64,000 nt of DNA from an uncultured Gemmatimonadaceae bacterium. GTDB taxonomy: Bacteria; Gemmatimonadota; Gemmatimonadetes; Gemmatimonadales; Gemmatimonadaceae. This document shows positions 52,472 through 61,722 of this stretch, in pieces; the first letter of the stretch is position 1, and each line of letters starts with the position of its first letter. The position numbers and the translations under genes were made by a program. Below the pieces are notes generated by a model. The model worked only from the letters and a program-made list of their open reading frames with translations, was not told the DNA's origin and did no database searches. The stretch is from NCBI GenBank assembly GCA_963751275.1, contig CAVVTZ010000009.1, positions 320,001 through 384,000 of the forward strand, given 5' to 3'.

Positions 52472-54055
52472 TCAGTGTGCAGCCGAGCCGGAGATGGCGC
52501 GGCTCTTGCCCGTGTGGAAGAGCAGCAGCACCGGGAGCGCGGCCACCAGAAGGATGCCGCTGAGCAGGTAGATCTTGGAGAAGGCGAGCACGCTCGCCTG
52601 GGCGGAGATCTGGCGGTCGAGAATGGCGAGCGCCGCGCGCTGCGCCTGCGCCGGATCCACGCCGCGCGCGATGAGCCCGCGCGCCATGCCCGCCAGCCGG
52701 GCCACGACCTGCGGATCGCCGGCCACCACGTGCTCCGACAGCAGCGACTTCTCGATCACCATGTAGCGCGTGAGCAGCGTGGCCATGATCGCGATGCCGA
52801 GCGATCCGCCCAACTGGCGCGTGAGGTTGAACATGCCGGTGCCCTGCGGCAGCTCGGAATCCTTGAGCTCGGCCATCGTGGCGCCGGTGAGCGGCACGAA
52901 GATCAGGCCGAGCCCCACGCCGCGCAGGATGAGCGGCCAGAAGAGATCGCCCACGCCGACATCGATCGTGATGATCGACATCATGTACATTGAGGCGAGG
53001 AAGAGGAACGAACCGATCACGACCGTGACGCGCGCGTCGAGCTTGGCGGCGTTCCGGCCCACCACCGCCATCGTCGCCGCGGAGGCGAGCGCGCCCGGGA
53101 GGATGACGCGCCCGGTCTGCCAGGCCGTGAATCCGTGCAGGCTCTGCAGGAAGATCGGCAGCACGAACACCGATCCATACAGCGCGAGCCCCATGAACGC
53201 GGCGAAGGTCACGCCGGCGGTGAGCTGGCGGCTCTTGAAGACGCGGAAGTTGATGACCGGTTCCTCGATCCGCAGCTCGTACCACACGAGCAGGACGCCC
53301 GCCACCAGCGACGTGATCGCGAGCGTCGTGATGAACCCGGAGTCGAACCAGTCGTTGCGCTCGCCGCGCTCCAGCATCCATTGCAGCGATCCCACGCAGA
53401 GCGCGAGCAGGAAGATGCCGACGAAATCGACGGTGTCGGCGCGCTCCTGGTGCGTGGCATCCTTCACGTAGGCGAGCACCATGAAGAACGCGAAGATCCC
53501 GAGCGGCACGTTGATGTAGAAGATCCAGGGCCACGTGTAGTTGTCGACGATCCAGCCGCCGAGGGTCGGCCCGATCGTCGGGCCCACCATGACGCCGACG
53601 CCGAAGATCGCCTGCCCGATGCCGATCTCCTCGGGCGGGAACGACTCGAACAGGATGGCCTGGGCGGTGGAGAGGAGCGCGCCGCCGCCGAGCCCCTGGA
53701 TCACGCGCCAGAAGACGAGGCCCCAGAGCGAGCCCGCGGCGCCGCAGAAGAAGCTCGAGATCACGAAGATCACGATCGAGCCCGCGAGATAGCGCCGCCG
53801 GCCGAACCAGCCCGAGAGCCAGCCCGACATCGGGATCACGATGACGTTCGCGATGATGTAGCCGGTGGACACCCACGCGATCTCGTCGAGCGTGGCGCCG
53901 AGGTTCCCCATCATGTCGGGGATCGCGACGTTCACGATGGACGTGTCGATCAGCTCGAGCACGGCCGCCAGCGTCACCACCATCGCGATGAGGTAGCGAT
54001 TGCGGTAACGCGGATCGGCCGCGATCTGCGCGGCGCGGGCGGCGGAGACGGCCAT
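52472..54055 (-). CDS. DHA2 (EmrB/QacA) MFS efflux permease
   Basis: DTSIVNVAIP, RVIQGLGGG, GPTIGPTLGG, WPWIFYINVP. Confidence 0.95.
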   Translation of the reverse strand: MAVSAARAAQIAADPRYRNRYLIAMVVTLAAVLELIDTSIVNVAIPDMMGNLGATLDEIAWVSTGYIIANVIVIPMSGWLSGWFGRRRYLAGSIVIFVISSFFCGAAGSLWGLVFWRVIQGLGGGALLSTAQAILFESFPPEEIGIGQAIFGVGVMVGPTIGPTLGGWIVDNYTWPWIFYINVPLGIFAFFMVLAYVKDATHQERADTVDFVGIFLLALCVGSLQWMLERGERNDWFDSGFITTLAITSLVAGVLLVWYELRIEEPVINFRVFKSRQLTAGVTFAAFMGLALYGSVFVLPIFLQSLHGFTAWQTGRVILPGALASAATMAVVGRNAAKLDARVTVVIGSFLFLASMYMMSIITIDVGVGDLFWPLILRGVGLGLIFVPLTGATMAELKDSELPQGTGMFNLTRQLGGSLGIAIMATLLTRYMVIEKSLLSEHVVAGDPQVVARLAGMARGLIARGVDPAQAQRAALAILDRQISAQASVLAFSKIYLLSGILLVAALPVLLLFHTGKSRAISGSAAH

Positions 54056-54067
54056 CGGCGGCTCCGC

Positions 54068-55150
54068 CTACTTGATCTTCACGCTGACCACGGCGCTCAT
54101 GCCCGGGCGCAGCGGCTTCGTGGGGCCGAGGCCCTTCGTCACTTTCACGCGCACCGGCACGCGCTGCACGACCTTCGTGAAGTTGCCCGTGGCGTTGTCG
54201 GGCGGGAGCAGCGCGAAGCGCGCGCCCGTGGCGGCGGACAGGCTCTCGACCTCGCCCTTCACCGTGAGCCCGCCGTACGCATCGATCTTCACATCGACCT
54301 CCTGGCCGACCTTCATCGCCGCGAGCTGCGTCTCCTTGAAGTTCGCGGTGACCCACGTGCCCGTGTCGGCGACGATCGAGATCAGCTGCTGCCCCGCCTG
54401 CACGAGCTGTCCGATCTCGACGAGCTTCTTGGCCACGGTGCCCGCGTCGGGGGCGGTGATCGCCGTGTACGACAGCTGGAGCGCGGCGTTGTCGCGTGCG
54501 GCCTGCGCGGCGGCGACGCGCGCGTCGGCCATGCGGAGACCCGCCTGCGCGCCGCTGACGCCCGCGTTCGCCGCGGCCGCCTGCTGCTCGAGCGCGCGCA
54601 CCTGCGCGGCGGCGGCATCGTACGCGGCCTGCGCCGCGTCCACCTGCTGCGCGCTCACGATCTGCTTGGCCACGAGCTCCTTCGCCCGCGTGAGATCGGC
54701 CTGCGCCTTGGTCAGGTTCGCCTTCGCCGCGTCGATCTGCGCGTCCACGGACGAACGCTGGCCCGCCGCGGTCGCCACCGCGGCGCCCGCCTGGCCGACG
54801 CCGCCGCGCGTGCCCGCCATCGCGCGTGCCGCCGCCAGATCGGCGTCGGCCTGCTCGAGCTTCACGCGATACTCCGCGCTGTCGATCGCCACGAGAAGCT
54901 GGCCGCTCTTCACGGAGTCGTTGTCCTGCACGGCCACCTGCTGGACGTAGCCGCCGACCTTCGCGATCACGGGGATGATGTGCCCGTCGACTTGCGCATC
55001 ATCGGTGGTCTCGTGCGTGTGCGCGTAGTACCAGGTGGGGATCCCCCAAATGAGCCCCGCGATGAGCACGACACCGAGCGCGCCGTACATGATCTTGCGC
55101 TTGGTGGTGAGCGGGGCGTCGGGAGCGCCGGGGTCGTTCGGATTCGCCAT
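54068..55150 (-). CDS. EmrA/HlyD family adaptor
   Basis: TDDAQVDG, ANFKETQL, LLPPDNATGNFTKVVQRVPV. Confidence 0.95.
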   Translation of the reverse strand: MANPNDPGAPDAPLTTKRKIMYGALGVVLIAGLIWGIPTWYYAHTHETTDDAQVDGHIIPVIAKVGGYVQQVAVQDNDSVKSGQLLVAIDSAEYRVKLEQADADLAAARAMAGTRGGVGQAGAAVATAAGQRSSVDAQIDAAKANLTKAQADLTRAKELVAKQIVSAQQVDAAQAAYDAAAAQVRALEQQAAAANAGVSGAQAGLRMADARVAAAQAARDNAALQLSYTAITAPDAGTVAKKLVEIGQLVQAGQQLISIVADTGTWVTANFKETQLAAMKVGQEVDVKIDAYGGLTVKGEVESLSAATGARFALLPPDNATGNFTKVVQRVPVRVKVTKGLGPTKPLRPGMSAVVSVKIK

Positions 55151-55185
55151 GGATCGGATACCGGGAAGACGTTGGGCTGCGGTGA

Positions 55186-56523
55186 CTACGGGAGCGCGGT
55201 GACGGTGCCTTCGGCGCGCGCGAGCTGCACACGCGCGACCTGGTACGCCGCAAGCGCCTCGACCAGCTGGCTGCGCGCGGTGTTCAAGTTCGACGACGCC
55301 TGGATCACGTCGAGATTGCCGGAGATGCCGGCGACGAAGCGCTCGCGCGCCTGCGTCACCTCGAGCTGCGACAGTTCGAGCCGCTCCTCGGCGGCCGCCA
55401 TCTGCTCGCGCGCGGCGGCGAGATCGTCGAGGCCGCCGCGCACTTCGATCGAGGCCTGGAGCACGAGCGCGCGCTGCTTGGAGGTGGCCTCGTTCACCGC
55501 GGCCTTGTTCTCCTCGATCCGCGCCTCGCGGCGCAGGCCGTCGAAGATCGGCACCTGGAGCGCCACGCCCCACGTATAGGTCGGGAGGTACGACGCGCCG
55601 TTCTTGCCGATCGCGCCATAGCTCGCGCCGACGCCGAGCGAGGGGAGCCGCTCGGCCTTCACCGCGGAGACCGCGGTCTCCGACGCCTGGAGCTGCATCA
55701 TGGCGGCGCGGAGATCGGCGCGCGAGTTCATCGCGATGTTCACCGCCGCGCTCTCGCTCGGGAGTTCGGCGGGGACGGGGAGCCGGTCGAGCGAATCGGC
55801 GAGCGCGAGCCGCGTGGTGAGCGGCAGGTTGAGCACACGCAGGAGGTCGAGGCGCGAATGGTCGCGGTCGGCGCGCTGGAAGATCAGCTGCGCGCGCACG
55901 GTGCTCAGCTGCACCTTGGCGCGGGTCACGTCGATGGCGACGCCGACGCCGGACTTGAGCTGATCGCCGGCGATGCTCAGGAGCGAGTCGGCGAGCAGCG
56001 AGTCGGCGACGCGCGCGGCGACGAGCGCTTCGGCGCGCTGGAGCCGGATGTAGGCGCGCGCGGCGAGCTCGCCGGCGAGATCGCCGATGTTCGCGGCGTC
56101 GGCGGCGCTGGCGCCGGCCTCGGCGGTCGCGCCGGAGACGCGCTTGTATGCGGCAATGTCCACCAGCGAGAGCGCGATGCGCGCGCGCATGTCGAGCGTG
56201 TTCAGCGGACCGACCAGCTCGCCCTCGGGATTAAGGGGCCCGAGCTGGAAGCCCAGCGGCGGGAAGAGCGCCGCGGTATTGAACGTCGCGCCGCTCTCGA
56301 CGGCGGACGCGGAGAGCTGCGGCAGGAGATCGGAGCGGCGCTGCGTGATGCGCGCCGTGGCGGCGTCGGCGCGGTCGCGCGCCTGCTCGGCCTGCGCGTT
56401 CCGGCGCGCGGCGAGGCGCGCGGCGTCGCCGAGCGTGAGCGGGTGCGCGATCGCGGTATCCTGCGCGCGGGCGCTGCCCACGGCCAGGACGGCCGCGAGC
56501 GCGAGAAGGGGGAGTCGTGTCAT
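55186..56523 (-). CDS. TolC family outer-membrane protein
   Basis: Signal peptide, LLPQLS, VPIFDG, RFVAGIS..LDV. Confidence 0.9.
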   Translation of the reverse strand: MTRLPLLALAAVLAVGSARAQDTAIAHPLTLGDAARLAARRNAQAEQARDRADAATARITQRRSDLLPQLSASAVESGATFNTAALFPPLGFQLGPLNPEGELVGPLNTLDMRARIALSLVDIAAYKRVSGATAEAGASAADAANIGDLAGELAARAYIRLQRAEALVAARVADSLLADSLLSIAGDQLKSGVGVAIDVTRAKVQLSTVRAQLIFQRADRDHSRLDLLRVLNLPLTTRLALADSLDRLPVPAELPSESAAVNIAMNSRADLRAAMMQLQASETAVSAVKAERLPSLGVGASYGAIGKNGASYLPTYTWGVALQVPIFDGLRREARIEENKAAVNEATSKQRALVLQASIEVRGGLDDLAAAREQMAAAEERLELSQLEVTQARERFVAGISGNLDVIQASSNLNTARSQLVEALAAYQVARVQLARAEGTVTALP

Positions 56524-57236
56524 GCGGTGGTTCTCCGGCGGGATCGCGTGGTGGGAGCGGGACCCGGTTCCAGGGCGTGATCGATGAAGTCGAGCATCTC
56601 GGCGAGGATCTGCTCGTCGCTCGCGTTCGCGACGAAGGGGATGACATTGCGGTGCGCGCACCAGTGGCCGTGCTTGATGAGCGTCGCGTGGATCATGCGC
56701 GCGGCGGCCTCGGGATCCACCTTCCGGAATTCGCCGCGCGCGATGCCGCGACGGATGATCCCGGAGCAGACCTTGAGCGCGCGGGCGGCGGTCTCCTGGA
56801 CGTAGAACTTCAGGAGGTCCGGGAATTCCGGGAGCTCGCCGATGGTGAGGCGGTAGAGGATGGGGAACGCCGGCCGGCGCACGTGGTCCCAGACGCCGGC
56901 CACATAGTCGTGGAGCTGGACGCGGGCGGGCGCATCGCTGGCGGCGTGGTGCGACTCGAAGGCATCGATTCCGCGTCCAGTGACGTGGCGGACCATGGCG
57001 CGGAAGAGCGCGTCCTTGGTCGGGAAGTACAGGTAGATCGTGCCCTTGGCGACGCCGGCGCGGCGCGCGATGTCGTCGAGGCGGGTGCGGCCGAGTCCGC
57101 GCTCGCCGAACTCGATGAGCGCGGCGTCGAGGATCTGGCCGGGGCGCTCTTCGGGTTTGCGGTGCCAGCGCGGTGCGCTGGCGGTGGGGGCGATGGGGCG
57201 GGCCGGGGGCGGAGCGGCGGTCTTGCGGCGGGACAT
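56520..57236 (-). CDS. TetR/AcrR family regulator
   Basis: ILDAA...F.E.G...TRLDDIARRAGVAKGTIYLYFPTKDAL. Confidence 0.95.
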   Translation of the reverse strand: MSRRKTAAPPPARPIAPTASAPRWHRKPEERPGQILDAALIEFGERGLGRTRLDDIARRAGVAKGTIYLYFPTKDALFRAMVRHVTGRGIDAFESHHAASDAPARVQLHDYVAGVWDHVRRPAFPILYRLTIGELPEFPDLLKFYVQETAARALKVCSGIIRRGIARGEFRKVDPEAAARMIHATLIKHGHWCAHRNVIPFVANASDEQILAEMLDFIDHALEPGPAPTTRSRRRTTA

Positions 57237-57244
57237 TCGCCGCA

Positions 57245-57272
57245 ATTAAATGACCGACCCGTCAGTTATCAA
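57245..57272 (-). promoter_or_regulatory. Sigma70 promoter with a TetR-type operator in its spacer
   Basis: TTGATA-N16-TTTAAT, 8 nt before the ATG; palindrome TGAC-N6-GTCA (57251-57264) lies between the boxes. Confidence 0.7.
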
Positions 57273-57301
57273 GTGCCCCTCACGACTTGCGCGTGTGGGC
57301 C

Positions 57302-57458
57302 CTAGTACCGCTTGAGGGGCGCGTCTAGGAGGCAGCGTGTGGTACGGCGCGGCGTGAGTGACGGTGCGCCTGTGGGAATTGGATGGAGCCGGCCGCAGCT
57401 ACTCACGCCGCGCCGTACCACACGCTGCCTCCTAGACGCGCTGTTAGAGCGGTACTAG
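57302..57458. mobile_element. MITE-like element, family H, with CTAG termini
   Basis: Terminal IR CTAGTACCGCT / AGCGGTACTAG; 41-bp perfect inner arms (57319-57359 / 57401-57441); no coding capacity. Confidence 0.75.
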
Positions 57459-57473
57459 TCGCTACTCACGCCC

Positions 57474-57626
57474 CTATGGTTGCGCCGCGGCAGCCGGCGC
57501 CGCCTCCCCCGCGTATTTTTTGTTCACCATCATCACGATCGCGCCGAGCAGGAGCACCATCACCAGCGCTCCCACCACCAGCCCGGTGAAGCCCGCGCCC
57601 TTATCCCCCTCCATTGGTGCCGCCAT
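57474..57626 (-). CDS. Small (50 aa) single-TM protein
   Basis: GAGGAG Shine-Dalgarno; MAAPMEGDKGAGFTGLVVGALVMVLLLGAIVMMVNKKYAG... Confidence 0.65.
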   Translation of the reverse strand: MAAPMEGDKGAGFTGLVVGALVMVLLLGAIVMMVNKKYAGEAAPAAAAQP

Positions 57627-57658
57627 GTCAGTCTCTCCTCGAATGGATGCGGGCGCGA

Positions 57659-58117
57659 CTACGCGACGCGCACCGACGTGATGGTGTCGTTGGCCTTGAT
57701 CTGTTTCACCGCGTCGATCCCCTTGGTCACCTTGCCGAACACGGTGTGCACGCCATTCAGGTGCTTCGTGTTCGCCTCGCTCAGCACGATGAAGAACTGG
57801 CTGCCGCCGGTGTCCTTGCCGGCGTGCGCCATGGAGAGCGAGCCGAGCTGGTGCGTATGCGGATTCCCCTTGGTCTCGCACTTGATGTGCCAGCCGGGGC
57901 CGCCGGTGCCGATCTTCCGGTCGCCCGCGGGGAGGTCGCGCGAGAGCGGATCGCCGCCCTGCACGACGAAATCGTCGATGACGCGGTGGAACTTGACACC
58001 GTCGTAGAACTTGCTGTTCGCCAGCTTCTCGAAGTTGGCGACGGTGAGCGGCGCTTCCTGCTCATAGAGCTCGGCGACGATGGTGCCGCGGTTGGTCTCG
58101 AAGGTGGCGGTCTTCAC
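57659..58117 (-). CDS. Cyclophilin-type peptidyl-prolyl isomerase
   Basis: [41 protein letters not shown]. Confidence 0.95.
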   Translation of the reverse strand: MKTATFETNRGTIVAELYEQEAPLTVANFEKLANSKFYDGVKFHRVIDDFVVQGGDPLSRDLPAGDRKIGTGGPGWHIKCETKGNPHTHQLGSLSMAHAGKDTGGSQFFIVLSEANTKHLNGVHTVFGKVTKGIDAVKQIKANDTITSVRVA

Positions 58118-58182
58118 GGTGGGGAATGGTATGGGGAGAGTGACGTGCCCGCGGGGAAATTACTCGCGGTGCGCGCGCGCGG

Positions 58183-58659
58183 CTACTTCATGCCCAGCGC
58201 GTGCACGATCTTCCATTCGTTCTCGGTCACCGGCATCACGGAGAGGCGGCTCCCTTTCTGCAAGAGCACCATCTTCTCGAGCCCCTTCACGCCGCGCAAC
58301 TCCGGCAGCGTCACCGGGTGCTTGAAGGGCGCCACCGCCTTGAGGTCCACCACGTACCACGCCGGGTTCGCGGGATCGCTCTTGGGATCGTCGTGATGGT
58401 CCTTCTTGTCGAACGCCGTGGCGTCCGGATACCCCTCGCGCACGATCTCGCACTCGCCCATGATCACCCCGGGCTCGGCGTTCGAGTGATAGAAGAAGAC
58501 GCGGTCGCCCTTCTTCATCTGGTCGCGTAGCATGTTCCGCGCCTGGTAATTGCGCACGCCGTCCCACGAGGTGGTGCGCTTGGGCTGCTTCCACAGATCC
58601 GGCCACGCGAAGCTCTCCGCGTCGGTCTTCACCAGCCAGTACCGCGGCGCACCGCTCAC
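58183..58659 (-). CDS. EVE domain protein
   Basis: [34 protein letters not shown]...EW. GTG start overlaps the nth stop. Confidence 0.93.
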   Translation of the reverse strand: MSGAPRYWLVKTDAESFAWPDLWKQPKRTTSWDGVRNYQARNMLRDQMKKGDRVFFYHSNAEPGVIMGECEIVREGYPDATAFDKKDHHDDPKSDPANPAWYVVDLKAVAPFKHPVTLPELRGVKGLEKMVLLQKGSRLSVMPVTENEWKIVHALGMK

Positions 58660-59375
58660 GGCCGCGCCGACGGACAGAGATCGGCGAGCACGCACTCGCC
58701 GCACTTCGGCCGGCGCGCGATGCAAATGCGGCGCCCGTGCTCGATCAAGAGATGCGACAGCATCGTCCACTCCGCGTTCGGGAATTGTTTGATCAGGTCC
58801 TGCTCGATCTTCACCGGATCAGTCTCGCGCGTCAGGCCCATGAGGTGCGACAGTCGCGCGACGTGCGTGTCCACCACGACGCCCGCGTTCACGCCGAAGG
58901 CGTTGCCGAGGATCACGTTCGCGGTCTTGCGGCCCACGCCGGGGAGCTTCGTGAGCTCCTCCATCGTGCGCGGGATCTCGCCGCCGTGCCGTTCCATCAC
59001 GGCGCGCGCCATCCCCTCGAGACTCTTCGCCTTGTTCCGGAAGAAGCCGGTGCTCTTGATGAGGTGCTCGAGGTCGCCGCGGTCGGCATCGGCCAGCGCG
59101 GCGGCGTTCGGATACTTCGCGAAGAGCGCCGGCGTCACCATGTTGACGCGCACGTCCGTGCACTGCGCGCTCAGGATCGTCGCGACCAGCAGCTCGTAGG
59201 CGTTCCGGTGGTCGAGTGCGCAGTGCGCGTCCGGGTACGCGTTGCGCAGCCGCCGGTAATACTCGGCGGCCATCGCGGGCGTCGCGCGTTTGACGCCGCG
59301 CTTCGCGGCGGGCTTCCTCGCCGCCTTCTTCGCTGGCAGTTTCTTCGCGGCCTTCTTCACGGTCTTCTTCTTCAT
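58656..59375 (-). CDS. nth: Endonuclease III with Lys/Ala-rich N-terminal extension
   Basis: [50 protein letters not shown]. Confidence 0.96.
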   Translation of the reverse strand: MKKKTVKKAAKKLPAKKAARKPAAKRGVKRATPAMAAEYYRRLRNAYPDAHCALDHRNAYELLVATILSAQCTDVRVNMVTPALFAKYPNAAALADADRGDLEHLIKSTGFFRNKAKSLEGMARAVMERHGGEIPRTMEELTKLPGVGRKTANVILGNAFGVNAGVVVDTHVARLSHLMGLTRETDPVKIEQDLIKQFPNAEWTMLSHLLIEHGRRICIARRPKCGECVLADLCPSARP

Positions 59376-61021
59376 CGCGTGACCCGCCTGCTCCTCGCGC
59401 GCTCGACAATGTCGTGCGCGTGCTGGGTGTTGAGCACATCGCCGGCTTCGAGCCAGCCTTTGCGCGCGGTGTTGATGCCGTACGTCATGTTGTCGAGCCC
59501 CGCCACCGAGTGCGCGTCGGGGCCGATCTCGATGAGACAACCGAGTTCCTTCGCGCGGCGGCAGAGCGTCCAGTCGAGATCGAGCCGATGCGGATCGGCG
59601 TTCAATTCCACGGCGACGTCGAGCTCGCCGGCACGCGCGAGCACCGCCGGCATGTCGATCGCGTACGGTTCGCGCGTGAGCAGCAGGCGCCCCGTGGGGT
59701 GGCCGAGGATCGTGACGAAAGGATTCTCGAGGGCGCGCAGCACGCGGCCGGTCATGGCGCGCTCATCCATCGCGAAGCGCGAGTGCACGGAGGCGATCAC
59801 GTAGTCGAACGTTTCGAGCAGCGCCTCGTCGTAGTCGATGCGGCCGTCGGCCAGGATGTCGGCTTCGATCCCCTTCAAGATGCGGAAACCATCGAATCGT
59901 TCCTGCAGCCGATCGATCTCATCGTGCTGGCGTTTCACCGCGCCGGGCGAGAGTCCGCCGGCGTAGGCGGCCGATTGCGAGTGGTCCGAGATGCCGAGGT
60001 AGCTCCAGCCGCGGGCGCGCGCTGCGGCCGCCATCTCGGCCACCGTGGTCGCGCCGTCCGAGTATTGCGAGTGACAGTGCAGGATGCCGCGGATGTCGCC
60101 GATCGTGATCAATCGCGGCAGGCTCCCGTCCAGCGCCGCTTCGACCTCGCCAAGCCCTTCACGCAGTTCCGGTACGATCGCCGCATCGAACGCCGCGCGG
60201 CCGCCGCGTGCGCCGGCCTGCGCGACGTGCGCCTGGCTGCCGGTCGCCCGCCAGAGTGCCGCGGTGAAGTCGCGCGGCGCGACGCAGTACAGGTCCAGGC
60301 GCGTGCCGTCGGCGTAGCGGATCGTCACCGCATCGCCGCCCACGCCGATCGCGTCCTTCACGCCCTCGCCCCGCGCGACCTCGGCGGCCACTTCGCTTGG
60401 CGCACGCGTGCACTCCGCCACGATGTCGATGTCGCGCACCACCGGGCAGCGGCGCCGGATCGAGCCGGCGATCTCCGCGCGCGCCACTCCCGGAACCGCG
60501 AGGATCGCCGCGCGCAGCCGCTCCGCCTCCGCCAGCGCGTGCGGATACAGCATGAAGTCGCTCGTCTCCCGCAGGTACGCGATGCCGCGCGCGATCTTCT
60601 CCGCAGTCTTCGCGCCGAATCGCGGGAGCGCGGCGAGGCGCCCGTCGCGCGCGGCCGCCTCGAGATCCTGCAGCGTGTCGATGCCGAGTCCTTCGTGGAT
60701 GGCGCGGATCTTGGACGTGCCGAGCCCCGGCACGCGGAGCATCTCGAACAGCCCCTCCGGCGTGTCCTCCTGCAGCTGTGTGAGGAGCGTCGAATCGCCG
60801 CCGGCCGCGAGTTCGGTGATGACCGCGAGCGTCGCGGGGCCCACGCCGCGGATCTTCGCGAGCGCGCCGCTCGTCACCGCGGCGGCGAGTCCGTCCTCGG
60901 GGATGCTCAGGAGCGCGCGCGCCGCCGCGCGATACGCGCCGCTCTTGAAGCTGCTCTCCCCCTTGAGTTCGAGCAGGTCGGCGATCTGATCGAGAACGTG
61001 CGCGGCGGCGCGGGGCTGCAT
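59372..61021 (-). CDS. polX: Family X DNA polymerase / PHP exonuclease
   Basis: AYR.AA, HhH motifs, GSIRR....RDIDIV, TGS; PHP motifs [26 protein letters not shown]. Confidence 0.9.
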   Translation of the reverse strand: MQPRAAAHVLDQIADLLELKGESSFKSGAYRAAARALLSIPEDGLAAAVTSGALAKIRGVGPATLAVITELAAGGDSTLLTQLQEDTPEGLFEMLRVPGLGTSKIRAIHEGLGIDTLQDLEAAARDGRLAALPRFGAKTAEKIARGIAYLRETSDFMLYPHALAEAERLRAAILAVPGVARAEIAGSIRRRCPVVRDIDIVAECTRAPSEVAAEVARGEGVKDAIGVGGDAVTIRYADGTRLDLYCVAPRDFTAALWRATGSQAHVAQAGARGGRAAFDAAIVPELREGLGEVEAALDGSLPRLITIGDIRGILHCHSQYSDGATTVAEMAAAARARGWSYLGISDHSQSAAYAGGLSPGAVKRQHDEIDRLQERFDGFRILKGIEADILADGRIDYDEALLETFDYVIASVHSRFAMDERAMTGRVLRALENPFVTILGHPTGRLLLTREPYAIDMPAVLARAGELDVAVELNADPHRLDLDWTLCRRAKELGCLIEIGPDAHSVAGLDNMTYGINTARKGWLEAGDVLNTQHAHDIVERARSRRVTR

Positions 61022-61063
61022 GCGGGGAAGATAGCCGCCGGTGGTAGGGCGGCTACCCTGCTG

Positions 61064-61190
61064 AACTACCGGGAACCGATTTCCGGGAACCGGTGTGGCA
61101 TAAAAAAGAATTCCCTAACGGCAGCATGTCGTGTCGTTAGGGAATGATTGTCATGCCTCACCGGTTCCCGGTCATCGGTTCCCGGCGGTT
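61064..61190. repeat. Inverted-repeat element family G, copy 2
   Basis: Outer arms near-identical to 46185-46302; inner stem ATTCCCTAACGGCA / TGTCGTTAGGGAAT. Confidence 0.92.
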
Positions 61191-61199
61191 AGTACTTCG

Positions 61200-61571
61200 T
61201 TATTGGACCGTCACGACTCCCACCATTCCTTGATGCAGCGTGCACGAGTACGCGAACGTGCCGGCCACCGGAAAGGTGCGCTGGAAGGTGCCGGTCTGCT
61301 GATCGGGCGACGTGCCGTTGCCATCGGCAAAGGTCACGTTGTGGATGCTGTCGCCAGCCCAGGTCCACGTGACCGTCTCGCCCACCGCGACGATGGCCGC
61401 GGCCGGGCTGAAATTGTTGTCATTGACCGTGACGCCGGTGCCCCCGCCGCCACCACCACCACCGCCGCCACCGCCGCCACCGCCGTATCCAGGATAGGTG
61501 GGGCCGTACGCCTGGCACGCGACGATCGATGCCAGCGCGAGGATGCGAAAGATCGGGAAGCGTGAGCGCAT
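61200..61571 (-). CDS. Plastocyanin/azurin-type cupredoxin lipoprotein
   Basis: Lipobox IVAC, poly-Gly linker, HNV, CTLHQGM type-1 Cu ligands. Confidence 0.9.
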   Translation of the reverse strand: MRSRFPIFRILALASIVACQAYGPTYPGYGGGGGGGGGGGGGGGTGVTVNDNNFSPAAAIVAVGETVTWTWAGDSIHNVTFADGNGTSPDQQTGTFQRTFPVAGTFAYSCTLHQGMVGVVTVQ

Positions 61572-61653
61572 GGGTTCCTCTTCCTTTCCAGGTGCGATTG
61601 GGCGCCGCCGGGCACTCCGGTCCGCGACGCTCCGGCCGCGGGGGCAATAAGTA

Positions 61654-61679
61654 GACGCGTGAACCATGCGGAACGTTGC
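61654..61679 (-). promoter_or_regulatory. Putative ECF-type promoter of the cupredoxin gene
   Basis: GCAAC-N17-CGTC. Confidence 0.45.
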
Positions 61680-61722
61680 TGGCACTGATACCCCCCCCGG
61701 GGGCCGGGGGATCGCGCGCCGG

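Noticed and set aside
53135..55579. Long antisense and alternate-frame ORFs (e.g. 814 aa here, 630 aa at 30202)
   Set aside because: Arg/Ala/Gly-rich shadow ORFs expected in high-GC DNA opposite well-supported genes.
61440..61485. CCG/CCA trinucleotide run as a contingency locus
   Set aside because: In-frame, mixed-codon poly-Gly linker of a lipoprotein.
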